Assembly: GCA_015680685.1 (NCBI GenBank)
Contig: MNCI01003240.1
Location: forward strand, 161,468 to 225,467
Origin: Gnetum montanum
Taxonomy: Eukaryota; Plantae; Gnetophyta
Direction: 5' to 3'
DNA length: 64,000 nt
Shown: positions 12,324 through 24,160 of the stretch, piece by piece
Position numbering within the stretch: position 1 is the first letter of the stretch
Layout: each line of letters opens with the position of its first letter
Translations under genes and position numbers: made by a program
Notes under the pieces: generated by a model
The model's database searches: none
What the model saw: the letters and a program-made list of their open reading frames with translations, nothing else
Told to the model about the DNA's origin: nothing

Positions 12324-12898
12324 TGTCACATCCCCATTTCCAAATGATGTTGCTACCTAATGAAGATGGTGCCTCTTCATAACAAGTTTTATTGTTATCA
12401 TAATGAGACCTGAAAGGATAGTTGTAATTAAGACCTGAAAGGACATGTTGTAATAATGGACATGTCTCTTGAGGTAACCTTTAGAGGTTTGACTTAAGGC
12501 ATTTATACCTAGGCTTATAGGTCATGCCAGCATGGAGTGATAGAACTAGTAAAGGCAAGTCAAGAGAGATAGGTGAAGCAAGATAGAAAGAATACTAGCC
12601 ATCCCTTTTGCTTTAGTAATAAGCCTAACCATGGTGGTAGTATTGGATTACCTCTAACAAGATAGATGTCAAAGGAATAAAATCTTAAGGAACATTCTTA
12701 GAGCATGATCCAAATACACTATTCCATATCAATAAAACATTCTTTTCTTTTTCTTTCTATACTTTCTCTATTATTTCTTTTACTCATAATGTCAAATGTT
12801 ACATATATTTGATATTTGGTATATTTTCTTCTTATTCATAATGTCTAATATAATGTATATTTGATGTTTACCATGGCATCTGAGAATGGGATGTCACA
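12324..12898 (+). mobile_element. Solo LTR (TGTCACATCCC...GGGATGTCACA; chromovirus/Tekay-like termini)
   Basis: TG/CA inverted ends; homologous to 44753-45311. The flanks TAGAT/CAAAT are compatible with a deaminated CAGAT TSD. Confidence 0.8.
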
Positions 12899-13906
12899 CA
12901 AATGAAACTGCAAACTTTTTTATTGAAATAATAAAAGTTCCTTAGGAACAAAGATTAGATAGTATAAATTTATGAATTTCGATGCACAAAGAACCAAACA
13001 GATAATGCTTGGAACCTAATTCAGCTAGTAGGATGTGCTCTGTAGTTAGCTTCACTTTCAATGATTTTGTATGTTCTACATCTCAAGCTCATCATTGGTT
13101 TCACTATCACTGGGATCTATGTTGTGGGTAGAAGGATGGCCATGGACTCTTTGGTGATCTGCACTACTCTAAAAATCATAGTGTTCAACCTAAATGTCAA
13201 TTTTCCAAATGTCCTAGTGTTATGGACTTTTTTGTGTCTACATTACTCTAAAATTCTTAAGTTTAATCAATGCATGAATCATCCAAAAGTCACTTCAATG
13301 ACATAGTCTTTTGTTTAAATAGGTTATGGATGTTCTAATTTGTTGCTGTTGATTCTATCATGATTGCTGACAAATTGCTACAAATGTTTGGTATGTGTAG
13401 GGCATCTTAGGGTAGTGTATTTAGCAACTTTAGATAGTTTTATGATTTTCACACTACCTTAATATGCTGCCTAGTGTAAAAATTCAAGGCACATCATAGA
13501 AACTCAAAGCCCAAATTTTATACACTACCTTTGCTACTTGCTCTAGTGTAAAAATTTCCATCACCAATGTATAGGCTGTCAAATGTCAAATTTTGTGTCC
13601 TAAAAGGCATTTTCAACCTTCCCAAGCCTAGGTACATGAAATCTATGGCTTTTCTGAACTGGAAGATAAGGCATTCATAGCTTAGGAAGTAGTCTTTAGG
13701 CTCCATAAGTTAGGATGTATGAGATTTGTAGCATATGAATAGTAGATTCCACATTTTACATTAAAAAATACTACCTCAAATCCCAATGATAAAGGTTACA
13801 ATGCTAGATTTTGGGAAAAAATAAGGCAATTTTATCTACCATTATTTTTCCACCAAATTATAAATGATGTTGGCTACAATTTTCAACATGGATTTTCTTT
13901 GTGGTG

Positions 13907-15860
13907 TTTCATTGATCTATGCACTTGGTAAATAATGTGTAGTTGTAAGTATAAACATATGTCCATCTTTTGATGGAGAAATTATTCTAATAAAGTCTAT
14001 GCTCCATTGTTGAACTAGTCTCTATGCAATTCCAAGTTTTAAAGGAGTGCTAGCTTTCTTGATTTTTGGCCCATGGATTTAACATTTGAAACAACATTGA
14101 ATATTTAGGCTAATATCTTGATATAATCTAGGCTAATAAAATTCATAACGTAATATATGTTACATAGTAAAATTTAGTGAATCATAAAATAAGTCTTCAT
14201 AGTCATGAAATTGGTCCAAAACAAACTCAATTTGATCATTTCTAACACATTCCAGTAGAAATCCTCTAAAATCATTTCTTTAAAATATTTTATTTTTTAC
14301 CACAAACTTATTTGTCTTTTTAAGAAAAGATCTTCTTTGACTCATATTCATATTCTCTAGGACTTTTGTTAAAGTAAAAAATTTTAAAATTTCATTATAC
14401 TAATTTCCATTATGAGAATTTAATACACAATTTTTGGTTTCTTTGGCCATTAATTTTTCTAATCACATTTTTTAACTATTTTACATAATTCTAATGAAAA
14501 TTTGAATCATTGAAGCTTAGTAATCGAATTTTTATTTTTCAATACAATTTCATTTTGAGCTAAACATTTCTTAATAGTAGGCTCTATTATCATTATATGA
14601 ATTAAAGTGTTCTCTAAATAATATTTAAAATGCATTAGCACTTTAATTATAATGAATGCTCATTTTTCTAAATTTTAATAGTTTAAATCAAAATATTTAA
14701 GTTGGAAACCAAATAATTTGATTGGTTAATCTTGATTGTTTTTCCTTTAAGTTAGAACTAAAATAATTAAATCACTAGAAGCAAAAACATATAGCCAAAA
14801 ATCATCCTTTAATTTAGGTTTAGCTAAACATGGAGCTTCCTAGATAGCATTTTTAACTATTGCTAATGCTTCATTTGATTCATGTGTATTCCTAACCTAC
14901 ATGTCCTTCTTGGGAATGTACATTAAAATATTGGTGATCTCAGTAAGTCCTAGTATAAACTTCATAACTAAATTTATTTTTCCAAAGAAGGCTCTAACAA
15001 GCTTTTTATTGGTTGGGTATTCAATATTTTGAATAGAGTGAATTCTTATGATATCTATTTTGGCAAGTTATATGTATTAATAAGATTCAAGAATTCACTC
15101 CAAAAATATGCTTCTTAGAATTTGAAGAAATGTCATAATCTTAATGTCTATGAAAAACCCATTGAAGGTGATTGATATGATCATTTTTTTCTTCAAGTAA
15201 ACAATAATATCTTCTAGATAACTTATAACAAATTTTCCTACTAAATCTTTAAAATCTATATTCATAGCTCTGTAGAAAGTGTCTCTAACATTTGATAATC
15301 CAAATGACATCCTCTTATAAGAAAACTCTTCACATTTAGTAATGAAGGCTATCATATACCTATCATTTTTGTCAACCATAATTTGATTATATCCTAAAAA
15401 AATATCTAGAAAAGAGTGCACTTGATATCCAGATACTTTAATTATCATTTCAACTATTCTCAAAGTGAATATCTATCCTTTTCTAAAGACTCATTCAAAT
15501 TTCTAAAATTGACACATAGCCTAATGTCACTATTCTTTTTTCTTACAGGTACAAGACTGGCTAGTTAAACTAACTATCAGATAAGATAAATAACTCTAGC
15601 TTATAATAGTTTTTTTTTTATTTTAGCTTCCATGGCTAGTTCAAAAGATAGGTTTAACTTCCTTTGCTTTTTTATTACCACCTTAGAACCTTTGATTAAT
15701 TAAATCATGTGAGTCATCACGTCATGTCTAAATGCTCTAACGTCATCATAAGACCATGCACAATTAGCAAATTTATGCTTTAATAAGGATAATAATTTTT
15801 TCTAAAAATGGAATCATTTTCTTTGCTGATATTCAACATTCTTCACTTTTCTCTAGATCC
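13907..15860 (-). pseudogene. pol: Ty3/gypsy (Tat-like) RT, RNase H region and integrase N-terminal part, degenerate
   Basis: ORF 15095-15463 reads SFLDIFLGYNQI...YKRMSFGLSN...TFYRAM...YLEDIIV. Integrase QQWSIDFIRIISPSKDGHMFILTTTHY lies at ~13925-14010. Confidence 0.85.
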
Positions 15861-16519
15861 TAGATTTGAAAGAATTGAGAGCATTGACACAAAGAAATTT
15901 GAGAAATGAGAAAGAATCAAAATAACCAAACAGCATACTCCATGATACAAAATAAAGAATGCATAGAAATGAGAAGTTGGTCCACACCCCCAAACCAAAT
16001 TAGGATAAGCAATGAGGAATTTCATTTCCATTCACATTAGTTCATATTTATACATGAAGTGATGTAACAATATTTTGAAATTAACTGTTGACTAATCCTT
16101 TAATTTTAAATATTTTTCCTCATCATCTTTCATATTCATCATATTATTTATAAGATTTCTCTCATACGTACCTTGAATAGGTACATGTTAATATTATCAT
16201 CCTCTTGCTTTGTTATATGCCATATATTTTATGTTGGCATTATCCTCACAATCATCACCTTAATGACAACATAATACTCATCATTTAATATTTTCTATCA
16301 TCCATTTATAATACGAATTATGCAATTATATTTACCAACTTGGTCTTGGATGTTTTTTGCTTCTATGTTATCTTCTAAATGAAGTATTGATCAAGATATC
16401 TTTTCTTGTTTATCAATGGCATTACCATGCTAGCTTTCCCTTAGATATTATTGCATGGTGTTGAAGACTTGATTTGTCTCCTAATTACTCCTCATCTATG
16501 TTTGTTGGAAAGAGAGTAT

Positions 16520-17063
16520 CTTTCCAAATCCTCCTTAGAGTTCATGTAATGGCTAGGATATAGGTAGTTGAGACTCTCTATTTGAGCTTGGGGCATCCCA
16601 TTTAAAAGTAGCCACATGTAGATGGGACATCTTACTAAAAATTGGAACATCTCACTTGGGATGTCCTAGCTAGGATGTCCCAATAGCAATTGGAACATCT
16701 ACTATTTTCTCAAGAAGTTTGGCCTCAAACTGCTTCTTCACCTCTAGGAAATCTATTAATCTTCTAGGAAATCTAGGAAGATATTTGAAACATCTTTTTT
16801 TGGCTTGTAGACTTCATGCATCCTTGTAATCTTCCATCTTGGTTGAGACTTCTTGTCATCTCAACATAACTCTCATTTTGATACCATGAGGTTCTTGTTT
16901 CAATCATCATGCCTCTTGTCTCATTCTCTTGATGTCCTTGTTTTTACACCAATAATATCTTATTACAATATTATCATCTTGTTATTTCTTAGTCCTTCAA
17001 GACCATAAGCATATTTTTCACATTTTTCATATTCTAAGGTTTTGACATACCAAAAGGTCAACA
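16520..17063 (-). repeat. Truncated 3' LTR of the SIRE-like element
   Basis: Matches 22975-23087 plus 32350-32802. Similarity stops at ~16520 (CTTTCCAAATCCTCC). Confidence 0.8.
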
Positions 17064-17085
17064 ATCTTCTCCTTTTTGGTGATGT
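17064..17085 (-). other. Polypurine tract of the SIRE-like element (second PPT-like copy at ~17538-17570)
   Basis: Minus strand ACATCACCAAAAAGGAGAAGAT directly precedes TGTTGACC. GATGTTCAAAAAGAGGGAGAG lies upstream. Confidence 0.75.
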
Positions 17086-17589
17086 ACAAACCTTAAGAAA
17101 ATGGGTTAGCATATTGCATAATATCATATGATTAATTCACTTAAAGGAACAAAAATTTGTAAATATATTCACTAATAATACTATCGTAGTGGGAAAGGGA
17201 AAGGGAAATGAGATAAAGCATTAAATTACACATATCGATTAGTTGAAATCACAAGTGGACAACATTGGAAAATTGTAACATCAAAAACTACCCAAAGACT
17301 ATCCATATATTCATAATGCAAGCATAAACTATATATAGCCAAAATACATATCACAACCTATGCCAAAGTACACCAAAAAGTACACATAGCATGATAACAT
17401 GTGCCCATACAATTGTTCACAACTATCTCTCCACAAGTATAAAAAATACATATCATAACCTATCCCCAAGTATACCAATAAGTGCACATAGCATGATAAC
17501 CTATTCCCATATAACTATCCAAATAGCCACAAAAAAACTCTCCCTCTTTTTGAACATCACTCAAAAGGAGGTGATCATGTAAAAACTCT

Positions 17590-19204
17590 ATTCACTAACC
17601 TTCATATCATAATCATTCTCATCAGATCTACAATCTGTATGAGTGGATCGATAAGTATCCTTTTCATTGTTATCATTGTTTTTACTAGAGTTAAATAACT
17701 ATTGCTCATCATCATCAAAAGAAGATATTGTGACATGAGCTCTTCAAGGATGAAGTGTTACTCAAAATCTTGATGATGAAAGAGGATGAGATAGAGCCTA
17801 CTAGGAAGATGAAGAAGTACCCTTCTACTAATAAGTTTATGGAGTGGCTTGTTCCAAATGAGCTATGGCACCAAAAATTATATCCATCACCTACTACTCA
17901 AATGATTTAGGATCATCCTCTTGTACATATGAACTTTATCTAGGTTTATCATAATTAGAAATAGATTCTCCATAGACACATGCAGGTAGTGCAGCAAGAT
18001 TTTTGGAATTGGATGCATTTCTCAAATCATACACTTAGGATGACCCAACTACTATAGAATGTTTAGCTAGAGTTGGAATATCTTCATCATCATTTGAAAA
18101 ATGAGAAGTAGTAATCTCCTAAAACTTCTGTCATTTGAAGAAGGTGGTAAGCCTACAACATACATTCTCTTATGCAAGTAAGAGAGATTTTTTCCAATCA
18201 TTGCTAAGGTTTTTTCAAAGGGTCTTAAGGCCTTCTTTAAGATTGAATTTAACAATGAACTTATGGATTTAGATCTTCTAAGCTAAGGAGAGGCCCTAGG
18301 TGGAGACATTGCTTCCTTCCTTCTTGTCTTCTAAGGTGGAGAAGCTGGGACTTCAAAATCTACAAGTGTGATGCTTCTCTTTTCTAAAAACTCTATAAGA
18401 CTCCTCTTCCCTTTGAAAAGAGGAATATTAGGAATAGGGACATATTACTATTGAATTAATAAGTTGATAAGAAGAGTTTTTTCATAAACCCTCTTTCTAG
18501 TAAATAAACCAAAAATCTCCCTACAAAGAATGTGCCCAAAATCTATTGGCTATTTGATTAGAAGACAATAAAGCACAAAGGCTAGTGTAGGCAATAGATA
18601 CTTATACCTTCATCCTTTTACAATAATATTATATAAGATAATTAGTGAGAGGGTGGAAGCATCTTTGGACAGTTGATACCTATACAATTTCTTACTTCTG
18701 AGACATAGAGAATTACCAAAAATCACATCACAAAATTCATGATGAGAAACTGCATCACATCATTAGTAAAGATATCATTCATAGAATGGATAGTAACCCT
18801 ATGCACTTTAGAGATAGAAATCCCAAGAATAGCATTCACTACTTGAGGTGAAACCTTAATCACAATCCCTCCAACAATAGTTGTGAAAACCCCAACAACA
18901 ATATTAGTAATAGTAATATTACAATAGAATCATATAATTAATATTTCATGTACACAATACATCATAGGGACAATAAAAGCCCAAACAATAGCTTGAAAAA
19001 ATGTCATTATATTTTTGATAATGGTACTAAAAACTGAGCTTCTTTAAGAGAAAATGGAGATTGAACAAGTTATCTCAAACTAACGCTAAGAATCTGTAGA
19101 ATAAAATTGAGGCTAATAAGTATTTATCTTGCTTTTTGGAGCTCCCTTTGTGCTTTTTCCCTTATGGGAGGCACCCGTGATGTATCAATATTCTTGTGAG
19201 TCAT
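17590..19204 (-). pseudogene. SIRE env-like / plant transposon protein ORF, degenerate
   Basis: Minus-strand FTTIVGGIVIKVSPQVVNAILGI is typical of the extra ORFs of SIRE and Athila. It sits between gag and the PPT and has an S/D-rich tail. Confidence 0.6.
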
Positions 19205-19799
19205 GGATATAAGCCAGGATTACAAGAAATGGACTAGAAATGTAGTAAGAAAGAGACCCTAGTTGACTACATTGGGATGTCCAATGCATGAGTGGAATAA
19301 AAAGAGAGAAATAAATGATTGGATTTATATAGCTGAAATCCTTGCTAGGGTTCTAATCACCAATTATGCTATGCTAGAAAAATTGAACATCTTTCCCAAG
19401 TTGAGCTTACACACAGTGGGATGTTCAAAAATGAGATGGAAGGTCCCAGGTGGGATGTCTCACAAAATAGTGGGATGTTGCAATAAAAAGTTGGGATTTT
19501 TTATTCAAAGATTATATAAAAGGAATAATAGATAATAGGGTTGTTGCCAAGGATAAAAGGAAAAATAAAAAACAGCTGAGGTCCTACTGCAAGTGAAGGA
19601 AAATTCTAAGAAATTCTTACCTATACTTACCATGCTTGATCTTGAGAGGGTGTGATGCTCATGTAGATTTAAAGTGAGGTTCTCTCTTTAGAGTCCCTCC
19701 TTTATAATTATTATGAATCTCTTGTATCCCATATGTCTAATCTTCCTTTGGAAAGTTATTTCTTATCTGATTCATAGCATGAGTATAGGTTACTTCTTT

Positions 19800-22325
19800 C
19801 TCCTTCTATTTGATCCTCCATACTTTTCTAACCTGGAAGGTATTATTTCTAGGAATCTTTGGATAAGACCAACAAGTCATATTATATGATCAATTATTCA
19901 TGTGATAATGTCTCATTTTTAAATGAAAATATGAGTTTTTACACCCAAAATTACCACAAAAATAATACTTAATTTTTCTTACTTCGATAAGATGATAAAA
20001 TCTTGGAGTGTAGTCTCATTTGGATGAAGTTCTTCAAGAAGTCTCAATATGTTGCTAACTTCCTAATCCACTTTTTCCATGTGTATCTCTCCCTTATCCT
20101 AAAACTATTTGAAGAGTTTAATTTCCTTTGAAAAGTCTCTCATTCATAAGCTTTGTACCTGCATGAGCTTTTTCAATCTACTCCCATGAAGATGTTAGTT
20201 TTTTATTCCTAGCCCTTAAGTCTAAGTTTCATTTTGAGAGAATCAAGTATTTTTTATTTATTTGGGATAACTCTAAATCTTTATCATTTAAGGACTTCTT
20301 CAATTGAATGCATAGACTTTGAAAAGAAATAATTTCATTACATAGTAAGTGATGAGTGGCGAGGTACCCCTACACTTAACCATATGAATACGAGCGTTAC
20401 ATGCACAATTTAGTCAAACTCCACAGATGGACTAGTTGTGGCACCTAGATAGTTATCCTTAGGTCACAGTTTGCTATCTTTCCCCCTAGGCTAGTATTAT
20501 ATTTTTCATGTATGGTTTAGTCCAGGGTGAGATGTATGATGTGTTTCTAATCTAATGCTACTCCTGAAGGCAATAGAAAGAGAGTAATATTAACTAAGCT
20601 AGAAGGAAAGGGTAAGAGAGAATCTAATCTAGCCTAAGTGCGATGAGCATCCGTTCCTTGATTATCTGTACACATCTTGAACTTCGTGCATGGCTACCAC
20701 TAGGATTACCAAGCGCAAATCCTAGGCATGCTACTAGGTTGCCAAGTAGCCACACTTAAATGCTCGTAATCAAGTTGTACTCATTCCGCGTTCTAACGTG
20801 AATTTAAGGGTGAGAGAGTATCAACTAGGAAAGTAGTAAATAACAATAACAATTAAATAATTAAACTAAGTGAATGTTGCAATGATGAAGTAATCTCAAT
20901 CTTTATTTCTGGTCATGTGCGTGTCCAAGTATGTCACACTCGAATAAAGGTTTTGTACAATTACAATCACCACACTGCGGGTAGACACTGGGAAATTATT
21001 CTATCTTTGGAAGGGAAAAACTGCCAGAGCTTCACTAAGGAACTAAACTAGATGCCTAAAACTGGGAGAGCTCCCTCTTATTTATAGACATTGAGGCAGG
21101 CCATGATATCATGTCAGATGTGATTTTGCGGATGCAATATCGTGGGTGCGATATCATGGGTGCATTATCGTGGGTGCATTATTATAGCTGTTAGCAAATT
21201 CATGACTCATTAGTAAGTCATATCCTTCTTCAATAGTTCCTTCTGGTTCTTTAGTAATAATCCTTGAATCTTCAATAGTAAGAGTCATACATATGAGATG
21301 TGAACATGAGGGAGTGTCATCCATTTCATCTTATCTTTGTTCATCATCCAAGCATGTATAAAGATTTTTCTTTTTTGCATCAACTTTAGATTGGTTCTTC
21401 TTTAAAAGCTTGCCATGACTTCAACATTCGGAGGTCACATGGCCTCTACAATCATAAATCCGACATTCTATACAAGATGCATTAATATTTAAACTTTTAA
21501 AATTCTTACCTTTGTCTTTACCTTTAGTGCCAAATTGGTTGAAGCTCTTACCTTTTCTTGTAAGTAATCTTTAAATTATCCTTGCTAAGAGAGCCAATTT
21601 GTCCTTACTATTCACTTCATGTTTAGGTGGCACCTTCTCCATTGATTAATGTTTTAGGGTAATAGGCTTTTCTTTTATCACACCTTCACTAATAACATTC
21701 ATCTCATAAGCGATGAGTCTATTTTGAAGCTCTTGGAATTTAAGAATTGAGAAATATCTTATTACCTCCATAGTTATAACTTTTTATCTAAACTTAGACT
21801 ACAAAGTTATAGTCATTTTAATAATGACATCACTTTCAGGAAAATATTTTTTCATTCCATGAATGGATATAACTAAATCATTGTCTCTAGAGAAATAATC
21901 CTTTATTTTCTCTCCTTATTTCATTTTTAGTTTATCTTACTCACTGTGTAACACTAGAAGTTTTGATTGTTTGATAACAGATGTATCTTCATATGTTGCT
22001 TCTAGAATTTTCCAAATTTATTTAGTAGTTTTACACCCAACTAGTATATTAAATTCAAATTTAATCAAAGCATAATAAAGATGATTTTTTTCTTTTGAAC
22101 CAAACATGGACTCATCTTTTTCATCTTGTGTCGATTTGCTCCTTGGCTTGGTAGCCCTTATCATCTTATCAATGGATGGTGTGTAACCTTTAAGAATAGA
22201 CTCCCAAACTTTGAAATCCATGGATTTAAAGAATCCTTGCATTCTAGCCTTCTAGTACGTGAAGTCAATCCCATTGAACATAGGAGGCTTGGTGTAAGAT
22301 GTCCCTTCAATTGTTCACTCTTGAG
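19800..22325 (-). pseudogene. gag: Copia/SIRE gag, degenerate, interrupted by a solo LTR
   Basis: EGTSYTKPPMFNGIDFTY*KARMQGFFKSMDFKVWESILKGY; zinc-knuckle remnants at ~21425-21470 (…RGHVTSEC) and ~19930-19970. Confidence 0.8.
20350..21212 (-). mobile_element. Solo LTR of the Athila-like TGATGA family
   Basis: TGATGAG...TCATTA with perfect TSD GTAAG (20345-49 / 21213-17). Homologous to the LTRs at 54652 and 61461. Confidence 0.9.
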
Positions 22326-22353
22326 ATGTCAAGCTCCAAAAAGAGAGTACCAA

Positions 22354-22365
22354 GCTCTGATACCA
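22354..22365 (-). other. Primer-binding site, tRNA-iMet
   Basis: TGGTATCAGAGC on minus, 2 nt from the LTR end at 22368. Confidence 0.9.
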
Positions 22366-24160
22366 TTTGAGGACTGAGAACTTAGAAGGGTGATTGATTA
22401 AGTGTCCTAATTCAGAAAAAAACAAGAAAACCAAAATTGCACACAAATTTACATGGTTTCCCAACTAGGTACATTAACACTTGGAGGGTAGAATCCTTGC
22501 ATACCTCAAGACTTTGTTCCTTCAAAAAAGAAATTTACAAAGCATCACAACCTTTACAATGTTTGAGCTCCACTCAAAGTGTTTTCTCACTAGAAAAAGA
22601 CTCAACCCTAAAATATTCCAACAAGTTCAAAATGTAGTCTCAAGAATCCCATAACCTTTACAAAGACATGAGCTCCACATAGAGTGTTTTCTCACTAAAA
22701 ACATACTCAACCCCATAAGGTTTCGAAAATCTCACAAGATGCCTTCTCATAAGAAGCACATCAACCCCACAAAAATAGAAGGAAAAAAAGAATAAAGGAT
22801 ATAATGTAACTAAATTTACAAATTCCTTGTAATGAATCTCTTAATACAAATAAAAAACACAAAGATAGGGAATTGAGGAAACACAAAAAAATCACTTGAT
22901 ATAGATAATGAATATTCCAATGAATAGTTCTTATCCTTTTCCAAAGAATTTCACTTTAATTTATAGCCTTTTACTTTCCAAATCCTCCTCATAATTCATG
23001 CAAAAATAAGGAAATAGCTAGTTTGGGTATCTTATTTGAGCTTATAATATCTCACTAAAAACTAGCCATATATAGGTGGAACATCCCTGATGAGCAGTAA
23101 GGTACCCCTACGCCCAACCATATGAATCACAAAAATTCATGTATGATCTAGTTAAATTCCATGGTTGAAACTATTTGTGCATCTAAATCATTATGCCTTA
23201 ATCATAGTTCACTATCTTCCCACTTGGACTAGTGGTAGCTTTGTCACGTATGGTTTAGTCCAAAGTGAGGCATATGATGATTGATGTTGTTTAGCCCTAA
23301 GCTACTCCTAATGATAATAAAGAGATAAATTAATTGAGCTAATTAACAATGGAAAATAAAATTTAATTATCCTATGTGTAATGAGTATCTGTTCCTTACC
23401 ATCCCCACATACCTTGGACTTTGCATAACTACTACTAGGATTACCAAGTGTATGTCACTAGACATACCGAACGATACACTGTTGGGCTACCAAGTAACTA
23501 CACTTAAGCATTTTCGGTTAGTCATACTTAATCTACTTAATGATATGAATAATAAAGAGCAATAAATGGAAACATTAACTAAGAAAAATAGTAAACAATT
23601 AAATAATTAAAAGTAATAATAAATCTAAGTGGATGCTACAATGATGAAAGTAATCTCAATCTTTATTGTTAGTCATGTAACTCATCCAAGTACATCACAC
23701 TCAAATAAGGATGTCATACAATCACTTAACATCACATTGCAAGTATACACTAGAATACAAAATTCTAACAACTCTAAAATCTATGAAAAATCTATCTAAA
23801 AGCTACCTACTATATCCCAACCATTCATCCAAGTGTGGTAATTATAGGCTAGCATTGAAGGGATGATATCATATGCTTGACATCAGAGGTTGTGCCCCAA
23901 TATTAAATACCTAACATCACAACCATGATATCAAATATCTGATATTGTAGCCTTATAAAACATGACTCACCATACCCCCACAACTAAATGAAAACTCATC
24001 CATGAGTGAAAAAAAATGAGGAACAAGTTTCTTACAAAAGATTGGGAAGGTATGGGATTATTGACTAGCTTAAATAAATACAAAAATTGACTCTTTCATG
24101 CCACAATGATGTTTTATAAAAAAATTGACACAACATTACAAGACATAAAATTGGAAAAAC

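Larger units (their letters stand above)
7827..13906. mobile_element. Non-autonomous CACTA-like (Pack-type) DNA transposon inserted in the integrase
   Basis: Left end CACTTGTAAAA; right end reverse complement CACCACAAAGAAAA (cf. CACTACAAGAAAA). A 3-bp TSD TTT lies at 7824-7826 and 13907-13909. Removing the insert roughly rejoins the integrase (…THYFTKCID | KFLTKILDLDVIRFF…). CACTACC/TAGTGTAAAAAT subterminal repeats occur at ~13410-13560. The TIRs are imperfect. Confidence 0.65.
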
